Assembly (NCBI RefSeq): GCF_032444005.1
Contig: NC_091288.1
Location: 44,826,001-44,890,000, forward strand
Reading direction: 5' to 3'
Source of the DNA: Ranitomeya imitator
Taxonomy: Eukaryota
Length of the DNA: 64,000 bases
In this document: one piece after another, positions 42,501 to 56,850 of the stretch
Position numbering within the stretch: position 1 is the first letter of the stretch
Layout: every line of letters begins with the position of its first letter
Program-made: the position numbers and the translations under genes
Notes under the pieces: model-generated
The model's database searches: none
Told to the model about the DNA's origin: nothing
What the model saw: the letters and a program-made list of their open reading frames with translations, nothing else

Positions 42501-45500
42501 TGGTTCCAACCACCGTGTCTTTGTGCGACGCAGAAAAGGTGAACGGATGGACTATACACGCCTGTTCCCACCGGGAAGCATGGAGGAGGAGGTGGGATGG
42601 TGTGGGGGTGCATTGCTGGAGACACTGTTGGGGATTTATACAAAATTGAAGGCATACTGAACCAGCATGGTTACCACAGCATCTTGCAGCGGCATGTTAT
42701 TCCATCTGGTTTGCGTTTAGTTGGACCATCATTTATTTTTCAACAGGACAATGACCCCAAACACACCTCCAGGCTGTGTAAGGGCTATTTGACCAAGAAG
42801 GAGAGTGATGGGGTGCTACGCCTGATGACCTGGCCTCCACAGTCACCAGACCTGAACCCAATCGAGATGGTTTGGGGTGAGCTGGACCGCAGAGTGAAGG
42901 CAAAAGGGCCAACAAGTTCTAAGCATCTCTTGGAACTCCGTCAAGATTGTTGGAAGACCATTCCCGGTGACTACCTCTCGAAGCTCATCAAGAGAATGCC
43001 AAGAGTGTGCAAAGCAATCATCAAAGCAAAAGGTGGCTACTTTGAAGAACCTAGAATATAAGACATATTTTGAGTTGTTTTACACTTTTTTGTTAAGTAT
43101 ATAATTCCACATGTGTTAATTCATAGTTTTGATGCTTTCAGTGTGAATGTACAATTTTCATAGTCATGAAAATACAGAAAAATCTTTAAATGAGGTGTGT
43201 CCAAACTTTTGGTCTGTACTGTAAATAGTCAAAATTTGAGCTAAATTTGACGTTAACACGCAACATTTCATACAGTAGACGCCTGCTCATTTCCAACATA
43301 GGGAAATGAACCAAATAACATGAAAACAAAGTCACGATTTTAGCAAAACAATATAAGCATTGACTAGTAACATTGAGAAGTTTACATCATGCTTAAAAAG
43401 TTGCACTGGCATAATTTGCATTCAATTTATCAATAAGGCCCCACATTTGATAAATAAGGATTGGTGAAGTACACTAAAAATTTGGAGAAAATTATGCTAT
43501 CTTTGGTAAAGGTTGGCTATTATCTGAATACTGGTAGCAGAATATTTATATGTATTAGACCTCAATGACTTTGGGAACTCTATGAATTAATCTAGAATAT
43601 TCTGCCTGGCAGTACATTATAAATGGGCCATGCAAAAAATGTATGAAAAATTGCAGGATGCTACATTGAATCATTAACAGGGATAAATTGTTTCCTGGTA
43701 TATAACCTCTCGTGAGCCATGAGGTTTCAATATTATGTGATGGAATGTGTACAGTTTTGTGTGTGAGACCTAATACTGGAATTCTTGGTTTCTAGATTAT
43801 GTTTTTGCATTAGCTTTTGGGTTATGAAGGAATTTTGTAATATTTATTTCCCACAACAAAAATTTACAATTTTGATTTACATGTTTACCCCCTTGGAACG
43901 TGGAAACAGTTGATCATATAAAAAAGCAAAATTGTGATGAAAAAATATTTTTAGACATTATTAGAATGAAGTGGAAGTGTACAATAACAATCTTACAAGT
44001 CTGTGTTCTGTTTATCATGAAGGAGACAGAATGAGTCTGTGCCTGGTGACGGGGAATGATGTTCATATAATGCACGGCAGACCGATTCCAAAAATAGAGA
44101 AGAGATATGTCAGTGAAGTTACTTATCCATGGTCAATCTTGCTGTTTCTTTACCCAATGGATTACAGTTAGGGCCAGAAATATTTGGACAGTGACACACG
44201 TTTTGTTATTTTAGCTGTTTACAAAAACATGTTCAGAAATACAATTATATATATAATATGGGCTGAAAGTGCACACTCCCAGCTGCAATATGATAGTTTC
44301 CACATCCAAATCGGAGAAAGGGTTTAGGAATCATAGCTCTGTAATGCATAGCGTCCTCTTTTTCAAGGGACCAAAAGTAATTGGACAATGGACTCTAAGG
44401 GCTGCAATTAACTCTGAAGGCGTCTCCCTCGTTAACCTGTAATCAATGAAGTAGTTAAAAGGTCAGGGGTGGATTCCAGGTGTGTGGTTTTGCATTTGGA
44501 AGCTGTTGCTGTGAGCAGACAACATGCGGTCAAAGGAACTCTCAATTGAGGTGAAGCAGAACATCCTGAGGCTGAAAAAAAAGAAAAAATCCATCAGAGA
44601 GATAGCAGACATGCTTGGAGTAGCAAAATCAACAGTTGGGTACATTCTGAGAAAAAAGGAATGGACTGGTAAGCTTGGGAACTCAAAAAGGCCTGGGCAT
44701 CCACGGATGACAACAGTGGTGGATGATCGCCGCATACTTAATTTGGTGAAGAAGAACCCGTTCACAACATCAACTGAAGTCCAGAACACTCTCAGTGAAG
44801 TAGGTGTATCTGTCTCTAAGTCAACAGTAAAGAGAAGACTCCATGACAGTAAATACAAAGGGTTCACATCTAGATGCAAACCATTCATCAATACCAAAAA
44901 TAGACAGGCCAGAGTTAAATTTGCAGAAAAACACCTCAAGAAGCCAGCTCAGTTCTGGAAAAGTATTCTATCGACAGATGAGACAAAGATCAACCTGTAC
45001 CAGAATGATGGGAAGAAAAAAGTTTGGAGAAGAAAGGGAACGGCACATGATCCAAGGCACACCACATCCTCTGTAAAACATGGTGGAGGCAACGTGATGG
45101 CATGGGCATGCATGGCTTTCAATGGCACTGGGTCACTTGTGTTTATTGATGACATAAGAGCAGACAAGAGTAGCCGGATGAATTCTGAAGTGTACCGGGA
45201 TATACTTTCAGCCCAGATTCAGCCAAATGCTGCAAAGTTGATTGGACGGCGCTTCATAGTACAGATGGACAATGACCCCAAGCATACAGCCAAAGCTACC
45301 CAGGAGTTCATGAGTGCCAAAAAGTGGCACATTCTGCAATGGCCAAGTCAATCTCCAGATCTAAACCCAATTGAGCATGCATTTCACTTGCTCAAATCCA
45401 GACTTAAGACGGAAAGACCCACAAACAAGCAAGACCTGAAGGCTGCGGCTGTAAAGGCCTGGCAAAGCATTAAGAAGGAGGAAACCCAGCGTTTGGTGAT

Positions 45501-48500
45501 GTCCATGGGTTCCAGACATAAGGCAGTGATTGCCTCCAAAGGATTTGCAACAAAATATTGAAAATAAAAATATTTTGTTTGGGTTATGTTTATTTGTCCA
45601 ATTACTTTTGACCTCCTAAAATGTGGAGTGTTTGTAAAGAAATGTGTACAATTCCTACATTTTCTATCAGATATTTTTGTTCAACCCTTCAAATTAAACG
45701 TTACAATCTGCACTTGAATTCTGTTGTAGAGGTTTCATTTCAAATCCAATGTGGTGGCATGCAGAGCCCAACTCGCGAAAATTGTGTCACTGTCCAAATA
45801 TTTTTGGCCCTAACTGTATATGAGAATGGACTGAATTCCGTCATGGCCAAACGTTTTAAGCCTGATACAACTTTTGATTTTCACAGTTTACAGTTTACTG
45901 CCTCAATGTTTTTAGATCTTTTAGCTGAGATGTTTCTCTGGCACAATTAAGTACAATTTTAGCATTTTGTAAGTGTTCAAACATTTCTTTAAGTTTATGC
46001 CAAGACTCAATATTTACAGTGTTGACCCTCAGTTTTCAAGAATTCAACGCCAGCAGCTGGATATCGGTTTCCGGGATAAATTTTGACAGATGTCTGCCCA
46101 TTCTTACCTACTCAGTGCTTGGAGTTTATCACAATTTCTGTACTTTTGTTTGTTCACCTGGTTTTCGAGCATTGACCACAGGTTCTCAATGGGATTTGAA
46201 AAATGTAAATTTAAATATTTTGTGCACTGAGCCACTTCATTATCACTTTTGCCATGTGACATGGTCTCTGTCATGCTGGAAAAGGCTTTGCTCATCACCA
46301 AATTGCTCCTGGATCTTTGGGAGAACTTGTTATTGGAGGATGTTTAGATCCCATTCTTTATTCATGACAGTGTTCTTAGGCAAAATTGTGAGTGAGCCTC
46401 TCCATGGACGAAGAGCTCCCAAGCATAAATGGTCTCAGAATGCTTTACTATTGCAATGACGCAGGATTCATGATAACACTAACCTCTCTTCATCTGGAGA
46501 GTCATTTTTCCAGATGTTCCAGATTTTTCCAGATGCTTCATTAGAGCAAGTGAATTTCTGTACTTTCGGCAGAATGTCAGTCTGTCCATGATGTTTTTTA
46601 TTGGGGAGAAGTGACTTATTTGCTGCCCTTCTTGACACCAGGCTGCCTGGAAAATCCTTCATCTCACTATGCCTGAAGATGCACTGACATCTGCCTGCTG
46701 CCATTTCTGAGCAAGCTCTGCACTGGTGTTCAATTGATCCTGCAGCTGAATTTTCTTCAGCAGATGGCCCTGGCAATTGCTGGACTTTCTTGGATGCTCT
46801 GAAGCTTCTTCACAAAACCTAAACTTCTCCCTCTCTCTTGATAATCTAATTAATGGTTGATTTAGGGGCTATTTTAAAAACAGCAATGTCTGTGCCTTAA
46901 AAGCCCTTTTAATGTAAAAGCAATGATGTCTGCATGTGTTTTCTTGGATGTAACCATGGTTCACAGAGGAATACAATGATTTCAAGCACAAGTCTTCTTT
47001 TAAAGCAACCAATCTGCTGTTATCATTTAATCAGCATGACAGAGTGACATAAGCTGCCTTGTCCTTGTTGACACTTTCTTCTGAGCTATCAAGAAGGTCA
47101 CTGAAATTATGTAAGCAGGGCGTTTTGTGGCAAAGCTTAAAATCACTGGAAATGGGGGTTTTGTGAGTAAGTTAATTTTCATAGCAAGGAATGACCTTGC
47201 AATCAATCTGATCACTGAGTTAGAGGCTTCTTTGTTAAAGAGGAACATGCTGGACTATGTACCGAGCGGTGACTGAAGTCGTGCCCTATGGCTGAAAGCC
47301 AGAGCTGCCGGGGGCGAGGGGGGTTAAAGTTCATAGCGTTTTGGGACAAGAAAGGTTCCCTTTAACTTGGAAAAGTCCAAGTTGATGTTATTAGATTCTT
47401 ATCAGTGGGACGTGTACGTCTTCATCCTGAAAGAATTGCTATCAGATAACACCAACTAGGACTTAACAAAACTTATTAGGTGTCAAATACTTTGATTGCT
47501 AATGTCTCCGCAACAGAGAGGCAAAATAAAAATGTTTTACTCCGCTCTACAGTGGCATAAATACCTGATAAGTGGTTTTCCCCAGATGCAAAGCAACACG
47601 AGGTATAAAAAGTGCAATTCGAAAAGTGTCCACGAGTAAACCTTCTATGATGGTATAAAAATTGCCACTGATGTCAAGATCCAAGGACGGCGCGAAGCTC
47701 ATCTCACTTCCATTAAGGAATAGATCCACTTTAAATAGAGGCATATTTTTACATGATGGTTTGGTGTTATCAATCAGGTACTGGAGCGAGCACTTCACAG
47801 CTTGGCGCAATCCTTCTAAAATCATGTGGTCTATGTACTCAGTGTATGTCTTCCATTTATCAGAGTGTAGATCGGTCCGAAACAACTGCTGATTGCTCTG
47901 CAAAAGTAAGGTAAGTACATGAGCAAACAAACAAAATGCATCCTATGCTACTATAAGGTATATAGTGCATTTATCAGCACATTGCACTATGCCCTTCTGT
48001 AGATTACACACATAAGCACATCATTAATGCCACTTGTATATAAGTCAAAGCTAAGCATGTATTTAAAGGGGTAGTCCACTAGTCGGACAACCCCCTCTCA
48101 ATCCTCATAATTCCCCCATGTAAAATAACAACGCTTCCACTCACCTCCGCTGCCAGCACCATTCCAGCGATGTCGGCACTGGCTTTCCCGGGGGATCGGG
48201 TAACATTGTTATGTCACGAGATCTCGGTGATCGATCAGCGCTGGCTCCACTCTTCCCACCTTCAGACGTGTCACATACATCTGGAGAAAGTGAGAGGGCA
48301 GCAGCAGTGTGATTTGTCCAAAATCAGGTGAAGCCAGTGCTGATTGGACGCAGGAGTTGCATGACATTACAATGTTATGCGATCCCTGGGAAAACTATGC
48401 CGACACCACTGAAATGGTGCTGGCACCAGAGGTGAGTATAGGTGTTATTATTTTACAAGTGGAAAACATGAGGATTTAATACTATGAACCAAGAACAAAT

Positions 48501-51500
48501 TATACTATGAATGAATTAAAGGGGTTGTCCATTTTTATCTTCATTTTAACAAATGTGTTACACAGAATTTTGTGTCACTTAGTAATACATAAGTATTACA
48601 GGTTCTCCTCGTCCTTCCTCACAGACTGCACAGTTCTCCAGGTCTCAGAATGTCTGCTGATGGAGGAACATGTGACCAGACCCGCCCATCTGCCTCCTCC
48701 AATAGAAAAACAATGCAGATGGACTGGTCTGGTCACATACTTATCCATCAGCAATTATTTTGAGAACTAACAAGTGCAGGAGGAGAACCTTTAGAATTTA
48801 CATATTAGTAAGTGGCACAAAATCAGGTCCCAAACAAAATAAAAAATAAAGATAAAATGGACAACACCTTTAATTATTTTCTACTTTTGACTTTCATTTA
48901 TAAAAGGGTTGTTTAGCTCCTTGAATGTAATTTTTATTTACCAGAAGATTAGAACATTATAAATTAACAAACAAAATAATACTCGCCTTATAGATCCCCC
49001 CATCCATCATGCAGGCACTTATAAGATCCCCTCCAGTCTTGGTATTCTACCCGTCAGTGGTTCTATTATTATTTGTTTTATTCGGTTATATAACGCTGTC
49101 CCCATTGGTGCCCATAATCTATATTCCCTATTAATATATCTTTGGTGTGTGGGAGGAAACAGAAGAATCAGAGGAAATCAAGCAAACACTGGGAGAACAT
49201 ACAAGCTCCTTGCAGATGTTGTCCCTGTCTCTGTTAATCAATCACTGTGCCACCGTGCTGCCCATTGTGACGCGATAGGTGACCACTGTAGACAATAATT
49301 GGCTCCAGCGAACGGCACTGGTGCAGCTAATGTTTGTCTGCAGTGGTCACATATTTTTACTTTATTTTGATGAGCATGAAAAATTTCTAAAAATTTGTTA
49401 TATATATATATATATATTTACTCATTTTGTGACACTTTTTAATTTTCCTTTCAATAGAACAGTATGAGGGCTAGTTTTTTGTGCAGAGTTGTATGTCGTA
49501 TGTGTGGAGAAATGCAGGCACTGCTCATCACCTGCCCAATGCAATCCCAACAGTGAAACATGGTGGTAGCATCATGCTATGGGGGTGTTTTTCAGCTACA
49601 GGGACAGGACAACTGGTTGCCATTGAAGGAAACATGAATGTGGCCAAGTATAGAGATATCCAGGATGAAAACCTCTTCCAGAGTGCTCTGGACCTCAGAC
49701 TTGGCTGAAGGTTCACCTTCCAACAAGACTGACCCTAAGCACACAGCTAAAATAACAAAGGAGTGGCTTCAGAACATCTCTGTGACCATTCTTGACTGGC
49801 CCAGCCTGAGTCCTGACCTAAACCCAATTGAGCATCTCTGGAGAGACCTGAAAATGGCTGTCCACCAACGATCACCATCCAACCTAACGGAACTGGAGAG
49901 GATCTGCAAAGAAGAATGGCAGAGGATCCCCAAATCCAGGTGTGAAAAACTTGTTGCATCATTCCCAAGAAGACTCATGGCTGTACTAGCTCAAAGTGTG
50001 CTTCTACTCAATGCTGAGCAAAGGGTCTGGACACTTATGACCCTGTGCTATTTCAGTTAGTCTTTTTTAATAAATTTGCAAAAATTTCTACATTTCTGTT
50101 TTTTTTTCAGTCAAGATGGGGTGCAGAGTGTATATTAATGAGAAAAAATGAACTTTTTTGAATTTACCAAATGGCTGCAATGAAACAGAGAGTGAAAAAT
50201 TTAAAGGGGTCTAAATACTTTCCGTACCCACTGTATACAGTAATGTTATATTAAAATGGGGGCAGTAGTGAGACTAAGCGGTTAGTACAGTATAATCTGA
50301 TGAGTGATGGACTCCAAAAGTCATCTCCAAATGGGATTGTTTTCTGACGAACCTCTATTGTGACAGTGCCTTCTGTAAGATCCTATGATACTTTCAGAAG
50401 TCAGTCTATCCATACCTTGGCATTCATGATGTTCCAAAAATATAATAATAAACCACTTAGCAATGGATGAATTTGGCCTTCGTATGGGTGAACGCATGGG
50501 TAAAAGTTCAGTTGTGAGCCCACTGTTGCAGATTTTAGCTTTCAGCAGAATTATCAGTACTCAGAGATTGTGTGAGAATGAACTGTTGATCTTAAGACAC
50601 GAAGGATCACAGGAAAGAAATGACACGAACAAACCACTGAGAAGTCAAAAAGTACAGTACTAGGAAACTTTAAAAGTTATCACATCGCCATCTGCTGTCT
50701 GCTAAACACAGTCCCCCCACAGTGTATGTGCATGACATTGCATTACATGTATATGTTAGTTACGTATAAACATAATAGCAAATAAATACTTATACTATTT
50801 TCCATCATCGATAAGTGAATTAGACATCATACCATCAGAAGTCCTTGGATCTTCTGCCCGACGTCCTCGGCAATAATATAGTGTTTAGCCATTTTTTCCT
50901 TATCACCAAGACCTTGAATGAAATTGTTTCTTCCATTTTTATTTGCAATTAAATAATTTTCACTCAGCTTATTCATTAAACTTTGCATCATTTCCACGTT
51001 TTGCTTAGCTTTTAGAATCCGGCAGTCCAAATTATACACCAGTTCCTTGGCTTCTTCTATGTAATTGTCCAGATCTTGTGAATACCATGTTAGAAGGGTA
51101 AGCGCTGGCTCCAGCTTCTCATAAATTTGCTTCAGCTCATCATGTACAAGTTCCCTTTCCACTGGTAAGATCGTCTTTTGAATCCTATTGAACCATTGAG
51201 ATATGAGGTCCAGATTTCTAGTGTGCTGTTGAAAAAACATGTCCAAAATTAAGAGGCAAGGTAGCTTAAAAAAATAACATGTTATTTAAATCAGGTTAAT
51301 TTTAAAACATTTTTGTTTTTCTTATATTATTTCTCACTGGCCACTAAAGAAGACACAACAGACAGATCTATTGTGTTTCTAAAATTCAGTAGTCAGCTTT
51401 GCCGTATAGACTGGAGCTGAATAAGCAAAGTCATCTCATTACTGGTATCAACACCATTGAAGTGCCTGAGCCCTAGATAAAGCTCCCATACATATCAGAT

Positions 51501-54500
51501 AGCTGTTGACCAGAAAATAGTTTGGTTAATCGTTCAACCAGCACCTACTGCATCTCTCCCACCTATCCTATGCACAGGAATGTTCTCTCTGCTGAATGCT
51601 CCTGTGTTCTCTCTGAGAGAGCCACTGTTAGAAATCTATAACTCTCAAAATCTCTAAATGGATCAATAGTTCAAAATTGGACATGGCTGATCCTTAACTC
51701 CCCTGACAATCATGTGTCTGGGGCCCCATAAACATTAGATTTTCGTGTGAACTTGATAACAATATAGACTTAAGGGAATTCAAAGTAATCAGTTCTGTAT
51801 CCACATCTCTTGTTCTAACTAAATAGCAGTTACAAAGCATTCTATGCAACTTATTGATCCGGATGGGCACGGTGTAATAGTTGGTTTTCCCTATAGTAGC
51901 ATTTTATAAGCATGAGAAACTGCTAGCAATAATAATTTCAATAACCCACACACATGTACACACACACCTAATTTGCAGCCTTTGCCCCCACCCTGAAAGA
52001 AAGCATCATCGGTGACTTCAGTTTCAGGGCCTGTGCCTGTCCCTGTTCTATGGTTGTCAATTCCAAATGTTAAGATTCTTCTCACTGTGCAACTGTACAA
52101 TATGCACAGTGACAATGTGCTCACTTGCAGGCTCTGATCATAATCTTCTTACAATGTGCACTGACAGTGCACTCTCTTGCCATCTTGTTACTTCTGATCA
52201 GAACTGACGGGGGATTGCACTGTCATTGTACATTAAAAAGAAAAGTGAAAAGTGACAAGATTCTACTGAGCATACATCAGATTTGACAATTTTTGAACAC
52301 TCAGTAGTATAGGGATTAACCCAGCCCGTGACCTGGACATCACTGATAATGCTTCGTTCGCAGCCTCTGCCCCTTGATGACAACTTGTTTGAGTAGCCAA
52401 GAATGGATTCTCAAACTAAGCATCATTAATAAGGACGTAATAAAAACACGCAAAGCAGTTAGATAGGGTAGTGTGGGAACTAAAGGGATTTTTTAATTAA
52501 AGTATATTATTACATTAGATAGAAAGACATTTAGGATTAAAATAAATGTTAGTCTCGGACCATCCCTGTAATATGTAAAATGTTTCATAAGGTGCTCTAG
52601 AAAAGAAGCTAAGTTTTGAACACCACTATGTAATACTTTGCAACATCTGAAGTCCCAAATTGTGAACTAGTCGCAACCCTGATATGCAAACATACATATG
52701 ACCCACCTTCTTATGCAAATACACGTAATTTTTATGGTCCCATTTCTGGGACAGTCTTCTGTAAAACAGCAGTGTTGAAACAAAGGTTTTTAAGGTACCT
52801 TTTGTAGCTCTTTCCTTTTCAGGTACAAATCTTTGGCCTTCTCTGGGATGTCAGACATTTTCAGGAACTGAAGATATTTCACTTCCCGAAGAATAGCTGC
52901 GAGCTAAACGTGAGACATGAAAAATAAAAATTGTAAAGAATCTCAAGCTATAAAAAATATATCACATAGTAAATGATCCTGTGAAATCTAAAATGTATAA
53001 TGTCACAATTTCAACATATTCTGTTGTAAAACTTAGCATCAAATGTTTGTAGCCTGTAGAATTCATTTGCGAATTTTGAGCGTTCATTTCTTGGACATTT
53101 ATACTCTTAGGTAATGAATCTTTCTGCAATTGTGGACAGACGTTATGGCCACTTACATGAATGTCAGCCAGTTAAAAATTCCATACTCATGAACATTTAT
53201 ATTCTTATTGTTGAAATAGCCCCTCATGGGCGGCATCAAATTAATTTAATCAAACATAGATACTGAAACCCAGGGAATACAAGATCTATCAAGAAAGGTA
53301 TGCTCTATGCTCACTGAAATTCTAAAAATGTCACGCAAGACAGATACCGTTGGATTAAAATTAGTTTCATATAATCCATCTTCACCACATTGTAATATAG
53401 GTTGACCCAAATATGATTCACAGACGTCATATAGATTGTCCGACCAGTTGCTGAATGTTTCCTGATCATGAGCATCTAAAAGTTTCATGAATCTATCATA
53501 CTTTTCAAAAATTCTTGTTGCTTCATCATTCTGCAGAGCCCTGTATAAATGATATATACATACATTGTTATAATCTGCAGAGTCCCTGTACTGTGTATAT
53601 ATAAAACATTATTATACACCAAAAGAGCCTTGTAGAATAAATACATTTGTATAAATAAATACATTGTTACATTCTGCAGAGCCCTGTATACTGCATACAG
53701 TTGGGCTAAAAATTTTACATACCCCAGCAGAATTTTTGCTTTCTTGGCCTTTTTTCCAGAGAATATGAATAACACCAAAACTTTTTCTCCGCTCATGGTT
53801 AGTGGTTGGGTGAAGCCATTTATTATCAAACTACTGTGTTTTCTCTTTTTAAATCATAATGACAACCCAAAACATCAAAATGACCCTGATCAAAATTCAC
53901 ATACCCTGGTGATTTTGGCCTGATAACATGCACAGAAGTTGACACAAATGGGTTTGAATGGCTACTAAAGGTAACATCCTCACCTAAGACCTGTTTGCTT
54001 GTAATCAATGTGTGCATAAAAGCTAAATGGATATACTCTAGCCTGGGCATATATACAGGGGTTTAGATTAGTTGAGCTCTTTATTTCCTGCTGCTTAGAG
54101 ACCAGTGATATGAAATATAAATGCTGAAAATACAGCTCTATTAATTCATATGAAAGAGGATTATCTTCTGCCATATGCATCAATAGTGCAGCATTTGCAG
54201 TTTCAAAAAACTGATCTGTCAGTTGTAAGCAACAAACACAGCTTTGCACTGCAATTGTGGAGGATTGCAGGAGAGTTGAGCTCTGCCAGAAACCAGCTAA
54301 CAATGATGTACTACATACGACACAGGCAGCTAGAGTGATGTAGATGGTATAAGATAAATTTGGTCAGGTAGGTGTACTATACGAGAGAGCAGAGAGTGCA
54401 CAGAGACATAAGGTGAATTTTACCCTTAGATTAGCTGAATAATAGCTCAGAGAATTACAGCTAGCCGGCAAGCACACAGTAGATGGGACAGGGGTCTGCA

Positions 54501-56786
54501 GCACTGTGGAGAAGTAAGTGCTGATGGGAAATGTAGTTTTGGCGGATAAGAATAGGACTAGTGATGAGCGAGTGTACTCGTTGCTCGGGTTTTCCCAAGC
54601 ACACTCGAGTGACCTCCGAGTATTTATGACTGCTCGGAGATTTAGTTTTCATTGCGGCAGCTGAATGATTTACAGCTACTAGCCTGCTTGATTATATGTG
54701 GGGATTCCCTAGCAACCAGGCAACCCCCACATGTACTCAGCCTTGCTAGTAGCTGTAAATCATTCAGCTGCCACGATGAAAACTAAATCTCCGTGCAGTC
54801 CTAAATACTTGGAGGTCACCCGAGCGTGCTCGGGAAAACTCGAGCAACTAGTACACTCGCTCATCACTAAATAGGACCACTCATTCAGTCCTGTGAAGTT
54901 GGAGGATAGAGATATAAAAAAGACACATAGGTACAAGAAAGAAACGTTATGTGGGGCTTATTTTATGTATTAACAATAAGTATGCAGTTACTGTGCTTTG
55001 TGAAATATAATGCGAATCAGGGTATAAACTTCCAAGGAAAAAAAAAAAATGTCCCTAAAGGAAGGTGGACAAACCGTTTAGTATACATAAGAAAATACAC
55101 TGAAAATATGCTACAAAATCCATATTCAGCAATTCTCACATTATCCAAACTTTTATGAGCCACATATATGTCCTTTCTATTGCACAACTGCCTTACTCGT
55201 GATTAATGTGCTTGAATGATGATCTGTGTTTCACTAATCGCTCTCTTAATTCGTGAGACCATTTTATATTCCCAGAGATAAGAGGCATGTTTTTATGAAG
55301 CACATTTTCATTTTCTCTCTGAAAGCAAACAAATAAAAATAAATAAAAAATCAATATAAAATAATATCGTAATGTAATATGTAGCAAGAAGGTATGAGGA
55401 GAAAAGCAAAGTAATGTGTAATAAAATAAATTGTAAGATATTGTATTAAGAAGATCTAACTGTACATCTAGAAATGACTCTCTAATAACTCCACGGGTGG
55501 AAAACTTGTTCCTTCCATGGCACAGATAGGCTCAGAAGCAGCTAGACCAGTTTCACAGTGTGAGAGCCATGCTAACCACATCCTAGATCTCACCCACTGT
55601 GCGCGTGGCAAAGGAAAGGGAGTGAGATATCGGAACTGACTGAATTGACCTACATTTTCAGGCTGACCGTGGAGTGAAGCTTTCTATACTTGAATTCTGC
55701 TCAACTGTAAAATCCCTTTAATCCACAATCTGAAAAACTAATTTTGAAACTTTGATGAACTTTCAACTTTATATTTGGAATTAAACTTCAATTCCCTAAC
55801 CAATAGTTTTATCAAAAATCACTTCCTTTACAAAGGAGAGAAATCTAAAAAAAAAATATGAGAGAGCAGGAGACGAGGATTCAAATTCCTTTCACCCAGT
55901 CTCGCTCTTCAGCAAAATACAGTTTCCCATAACTCCTACATTTATTCACCACTTTGATATGCTGTCCGCCAGTCACTATGTCTGACCGTATAGTGGACAG
56001 GGGTGGCCAGATATCCTTGTTGGTCGAGATGCAAGAATTGGTAATCCTTTCTAAAATGGGAAAAAAATCCCTTAATTTTTTTTGACCTGCCTATTTTGAA
56101 GCTTAACGAGTAACCATTGTTTTTTATTTTTATCTCATAAATCAATAATACATATGAAAATAATATATCTTATCAGAGAAATCTTCTTCTCTCTCTTCCT
56201 GGATTAACCTTTTAGTTTCAAGTAGCGAGTAAAATCTGTTTTCAGTAAAGACAGATTAAAGGGCCTAGTTACAGGCTGTGGAACTAATAAATATTGCTAA
56301 AAATGCTTCGATAAATTAATAAGAAAAATCCAAATAATAAAAAAAAACAATAAAATCACTAAAAAAGTGATGTATTATAAAAAAAAATGCAAACAATAAA
56401 AACTATACAATATTGGTAATTCTGAATTCATGGTGATCTGTATTAAAAAAAATGATGGCAATAGTAATCAGTAATTAAAAATTTGCAATCCACAAAAAGT
56501 AAACGGTCGTCACGTAAAAAAAAGAAACTCCCACGTAACTCTGGTTATTGAAATATTATGCGTCTTTAAATGCGATTACCCAAATTTTTTATTGTGCAGA
56601 AATAGTAAAATAATAAATTAATTCATTAATTTGTCAGCACAGTAATTGTACTAAACCACACTGGTTAAGTCATTTACTTGCTATGGTGTTCACCCAACAC
56701 CCACAACCCCCAAAATATTGCTGAACTGATCAATTTTTTCTGCCTCTCCCTAAAAAAGAAGAGAAAAAAAATCTAAAGGTAATTAG

Positions 56787-56850
<64 letters not shown>

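Noticed and set aside
50297-50330. CTGATGA with a short stem
   Set aside because: GAAA and the cleavage triplet are missing.
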